Assembly (NCBI GenBank): GCA_001779925.1
Contig: MFEK01000014.1
Coordinates: forward strand, 1,011-65,010
Reading direction: 5' to 3'
DNA: 64,000 nt
From: Candidatus Doudnabacteria bacterium RIFCSPHIGHO2_01_FULL_46_14
GTDB lineage: Bacteria > Patescibacteriota > Doudnabacteria > UBA920 > 2-01-FULL-46-14
This document shows positions 61,459-64,000 of this stretch, one piece after another (position 1 is the stretch's first letter; each line of letters begins with the position of its first letter). The position numbers and the translations under genes are program-made. The notes under the pieces are model-generated. The model had not been told where the DNA came from and made no database searches. It saw nothing but the letters and a program-made list of their open reading frames with translations.

Positions 61459-63755
61459 GGCTGAAAGTCTTTTTAGTTTTTATTGTCGCCGTCGCTTTGC
61501 CGCTGCTGCCGCAGATTTCCGGCCGCTTCACTTTCGCTAACGGTGATGTTTTGAACCTGCATCTGCCAACTCTGCAATTTTACGCTGATTCTCTGAAAGC
61601 CGGGCAGAGTTTTTTTTGGAATCCTTATACTTTGGGAGGCTTCCCGTCGTTTGCCAGCACGGCTGGGGGACTACTGTCTCCTTTAAATCTGGCGCTATTC
61701 AGTTTTTTGCCGATGCTTAACGCTCATATTTTGGCGATTGTATTTAATTTGGCACTAGCCGGATTTTTTACCGCGATTTTTTTGAAGCGCTTGGGACTGT
61801 CTTTCTGGCCGCAAATTTTCGGGGGAATGATTTTTGTTTTCAGCCAGTGGTTCATAGTCAGCGATTTGGGAATTGTAAATAGCTTTCCGGTTTTACCGCT
61901 ACTCTTCATTGTTCTTTGGGAAGCGCAGAATAAAAAATTACCCGTGGTTTTGGGAGGATTACTGCTTGGCTTCATGTGGTTTGCCGCTCACTATAACTGG
62001 ATTTTTATGATTTTGGCGTCCGGTATGGCTTTTGCTCTCTACCTGGGGCCGAAGGTTGTTGGAAAATACTTGCTCATGAATTTGATCGGAGGAGTAATCG
62101 CCATCCCTCAGATTTATTCTGCTTTTATTTACAGCCAGTTATCGGCGCGCACCGCGGTGAGTTTTTTGGAAGCGCAGGGCGGAGGGCTGGCGGTATTTGA
62201 TCTGCCGAAATTGTTTTTGCCTTTTTTAAGATTTTCTTTTTTGAGTAACGCCGAGGCCCTGATTTATATCGGGCTGGTGCCGCTCTGTTTTTTAGCGCTG
62301 GGTTTCTTTGTGAAAAACAAAGCCGCGAATTTTTTTAAAATTCTGTTCGTGCTCAGTTTAATCCTATCAGTTAAATATTCCCCTTTATTTTGGATTTTGA
62401 ATAAACTGCCGGTGTTTGAAAATTTCCGCGGGCCTTCACGATGGATGTTTGTGGGATTTTTTGCCGCAAGCGTTTTGGCGGCTTATAGCCTAGAGGAATT
62501 GCCGAAGCTGGAAATAAAATCCTGGCTCGGAAGAATTTTTTATTGGGTCGGCGTCTCTGTTCTAACTCTCGCCCTGCTTATTTCTATGGTGATCGGGCTT
62601 TTTGGGCAAAGATTGCAAGCTTGGCTGATTGTTTTTTTTGACGTCAATTTTTATGCGAGGACGTCCCAAATTTTACCTGCCCAGCATTACCATCAGGTAG
62701 TGCGGAATATGTTCGAGGAGGTGAGGTCGGCTTTTGCCATGTCAAACTTGAAATTTTTGTTTTCTGCATTGTTTTTGTTTTTAGGGATATTGGTGATAAA
62801 GGCTGTCTTCAATAAAAAAGAGATTAAACCCAAATATTTGGTTTTGTTCTCGATAGCTAATTTCCTGCTCGTTTTCGGTTTTTATCACGCGAATTTACCT
62901 GTTAAAACATGGGCCCGCCAGCCCGAAACCGCGCAGATCCTGCAGTCCCGGCCAGGAAAGGCCGTTTCGTTTCTGCCCGGGATTTTTGAATGGCAAAAAC
63001 TCTCCGTGCCATATGGATATAATCCTGAGGAAACTTTCTATTTCCAATCGGAAATCCTGGCGCCCAATCTGAATGTTTTGTATCAAATTCCTTCCTTGGA
63101 TGGATACGAAAATTTGATGCCGAGAAGATCGGCGAGAATTCTATCGCTATTGGGAAGTGACCGGGCAACTACTGGGGAAAAACTGTCTGAATTTTCCATC
63201 CCGTCCGAAGAAAAATTAAATATCTTTTTACAAAAAAAAACACTTTTGGATAAACTGGGGATTAGGACAGTGATTTCAGCTTTGCCGTTCCCGGGGGACG
63301 AGTTTAGCAAGATTTCTGAACATACGGCGACAACGCACGCCATTCCCATATATGTCTATGAAAACTCCGATGCCCGTCCCGTTCTATACGCAGCAGAGAA
63401 AATTGTAAAAATTAGTCCGGATGAGACCGCGGCTTTTAGTTTGATTCAAACACTGGCTGCCGACACTGACCTTTTGGAATGCGATCCTTGCCCTGGTTTC
63501 AGCCCGAGTCCGGTTCAGGATTTGAAAGTTCTGGCAAAAACCAATGATTCAATTCAGTTCCAGGTTCAGTCACAGGGTGATGCTTTGATTGTGTTTGGAC
63601 AAACTAATCTTCCTGGATGGCAGGCCGCAGTTGATGGGGTGCGAACGGAAATTTTTACCGTCAATTCGCTTTATATGGGAGTGGTCGCGCCGGCCGGGCA
63701 GCACATTGTGGAGTTTAAATACCGTCTGCTACAGTTGTTAAAAAGGGGAAATTAG
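61455..63755 (+). CDS. Large polytopic membrane protein (YfhO-like / GT-C-like) with C-terminal soluble domain
   Basis: 766 aa. More than 12 TM helices in the first 500 aa. Hydrophilic C-terminal beta-rich domain. Confidence 0.4.
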   Translation: MRLKVFLVFIVAVALPLLPQISGRFTFANGDVLNLHLPTLQFYADSLKAGQSFFWNPYTLGGFPSFASTAGGLLSPLNLALFSFLPMLNAHILAIVFNLALAGFFTAIFLKRLGLSFWPQIFGGMIFVFSQWFIVSDLGIVNSFPVLPLLFIVLWEAQNKKLPVVLGGLLLGFMWFAAHYNWIFMILASGMAFALYLGPKVVGKYLLMNLIGGVIAIPQIYSAFIYSQLSARTAVSFLEAQGGGLAVFDLPKLFLPFLRFSFLSNAEALIYIGLVPLCFLALGFFVKNKAANFFKILFVLSLILSVKYSPLFWILNKLPVFENFRGPSRWMFVGFFAASVLAAYSLEELPKLEIKSWLGRIFYWVGVSVLTLALLISMVIGLFGQRLQAWLIVFFDVNFYARTSQILPAQHYHQVVRNMFEEVRSAFAMSNLKFLFSALFLFLGILVIKAVFNKKEIKPKYLVLFSIANFLLVFGFYHANLPVKTWARQPETAQILQSRPGKAVSFLPGIFEWQKLSVPYGYNPEETFYFQSEILAPNLNVLYQIPSLDGYENLMPRRSARILSLLGSDRATTGEKLSEFSIPSEEKLNIFLQKKTLLDKLGIRTVISALPFPGDEFSKISEHTATTHAIPIYVYENSDARPVLYAAEKIVKISPDETAAFSLIQTLAADTDLLECDPCPGFSPSPVQDLKVLAKTNDSIQFQVQSQGDALIVFGQTNLPGWQAAVDGVRTEIFTVNSLYMGVVAPAGQHIVEFKYRLLQLLKRGN

Positions 63756-63757
63756 TC

Positions 63758-64000
63758 ATGTTTTCACATAAAGCTCGGTTGGAGAAAGTTGCCAGCCATC
63801 CTTTTGCCAGGGATGTAGGGATTTTGCAAATTTCTGCGGTGTTCTCCAGAGCGATCGCGGTTTTGACCGCTTTTATTCTTGCGAGGATACTCGGGCCTGA
63901 ACAATATGGATTTTACGCGCTGGTGATCGCTCTGGCCGGCACAATCAATGTTTTTCAGGAGTTCGGGGTGGGCCAGGGTGCGGTCAATCTTCTGGCGCGG
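63758..64000 (+). CDS. Polysaccharide flippase-like (MOP/Wzx family), 5' partial at window edge
   Basis: Hydrophobic N-terminus; RILGPEQYGFYALVIALAGTINVFQEFGVGQGAVNLLAR resembles the Wzx/PST N-terminal region. Truncated by the window end. Confidence 0.45.
   Translation, partial: MFSHKARLEKVASHPFARDVGILQISAVFSRAIAVLTAFILARILGPEQYGFYALVIALAGTINVFQEFGVGQGAVNLLAR

Noticed and set aside
1-64000. CRISPR arrays, tRNA or rRNA genes
   Set aside because: No regularly spaced direct repeats. The repeated elements are inverted-repeat structures at irregular spacing. No cloverleaf-like or rRNA-like conserved segments were seen in the intergenic regions (56442-56627, 56985-57296, 19923-20096).

Overview
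This 64 kb window is essentially one large cell-envelope glycosylation / nucleotide-sugar biosynthesis supercluster. It is mostly a near-continuous + strand gene array with overlapping stop/start codons, frequent GTG starts and weak or absent Shine-Dalgarno sequences. It probably comes from an uncultivated bacterium; the taxon is not determinable here.

Gene content:
- A 1272-aa secreted Thr/Gly/Ser-rich surface protein with N-terminal tandem repeats.
- Two GT-C (PMT/ArnT-like) membrane glycosyltransferases.
- At least eight GT4 and five GT2 glycosyltransferases (two ArnC/GtrB-like polyprenyl-phosphate GTs, one GT2-RmlB fusion), plus one GT9 heptosyltransferase.
- An ADP-heptose-type module: transaldolase, an RpiB-like::HldE-domain-II fusion, an HldE-domain-I-like kinase and HAD phosphatases.
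- CDP/dTDP-deoxysugar enzymes: RfbF, RmlC-like, RmlD-like, an RmlB domain, two DegT aminotransferases, several SDR epimerase/dehydratases.
- A split transketolase, an acetolactate-synthase-like ThDP enzyme and a sugar C-methyltransferase.
- Two tandem C-terminally truncated UDP-glucose-dehydrogenase-like genes.
- Methyltransferases, NUDIX proteins, a PIF1-like helicase behind a Cheo-type LexA box, and an ArsR regulator flanked by matching palindromes.

Two repeat families stand out:
1. Seven copies of a 70-170 bp MITE-like element with 14-bp terminal inverted repeats (TGAACCCCGTTAGAAAT ... AAGGATTTCTAACGGGGTGAAAA) sit exactly at gene junctions. The element supplies the upstream TGA stop codon and the downstream SD plus GTG start codon. 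One copy carries a nested variant copy.
2. A family of GC-rich poly-C/poly-G palindromic elements is inserted in-frame into loop or linker regions of at least four GT4 genes, in the manner of Rickettsia RPEs. A full-length copy lies in an intergenic spacer.

A visibly GC-richer two-gene module of unknown function (43428-44698), with canonical SD sequences and flanked by perfect palindromes, is embedded in the cluster. No rRNA, tRNA or CRISPR arrays were seen.
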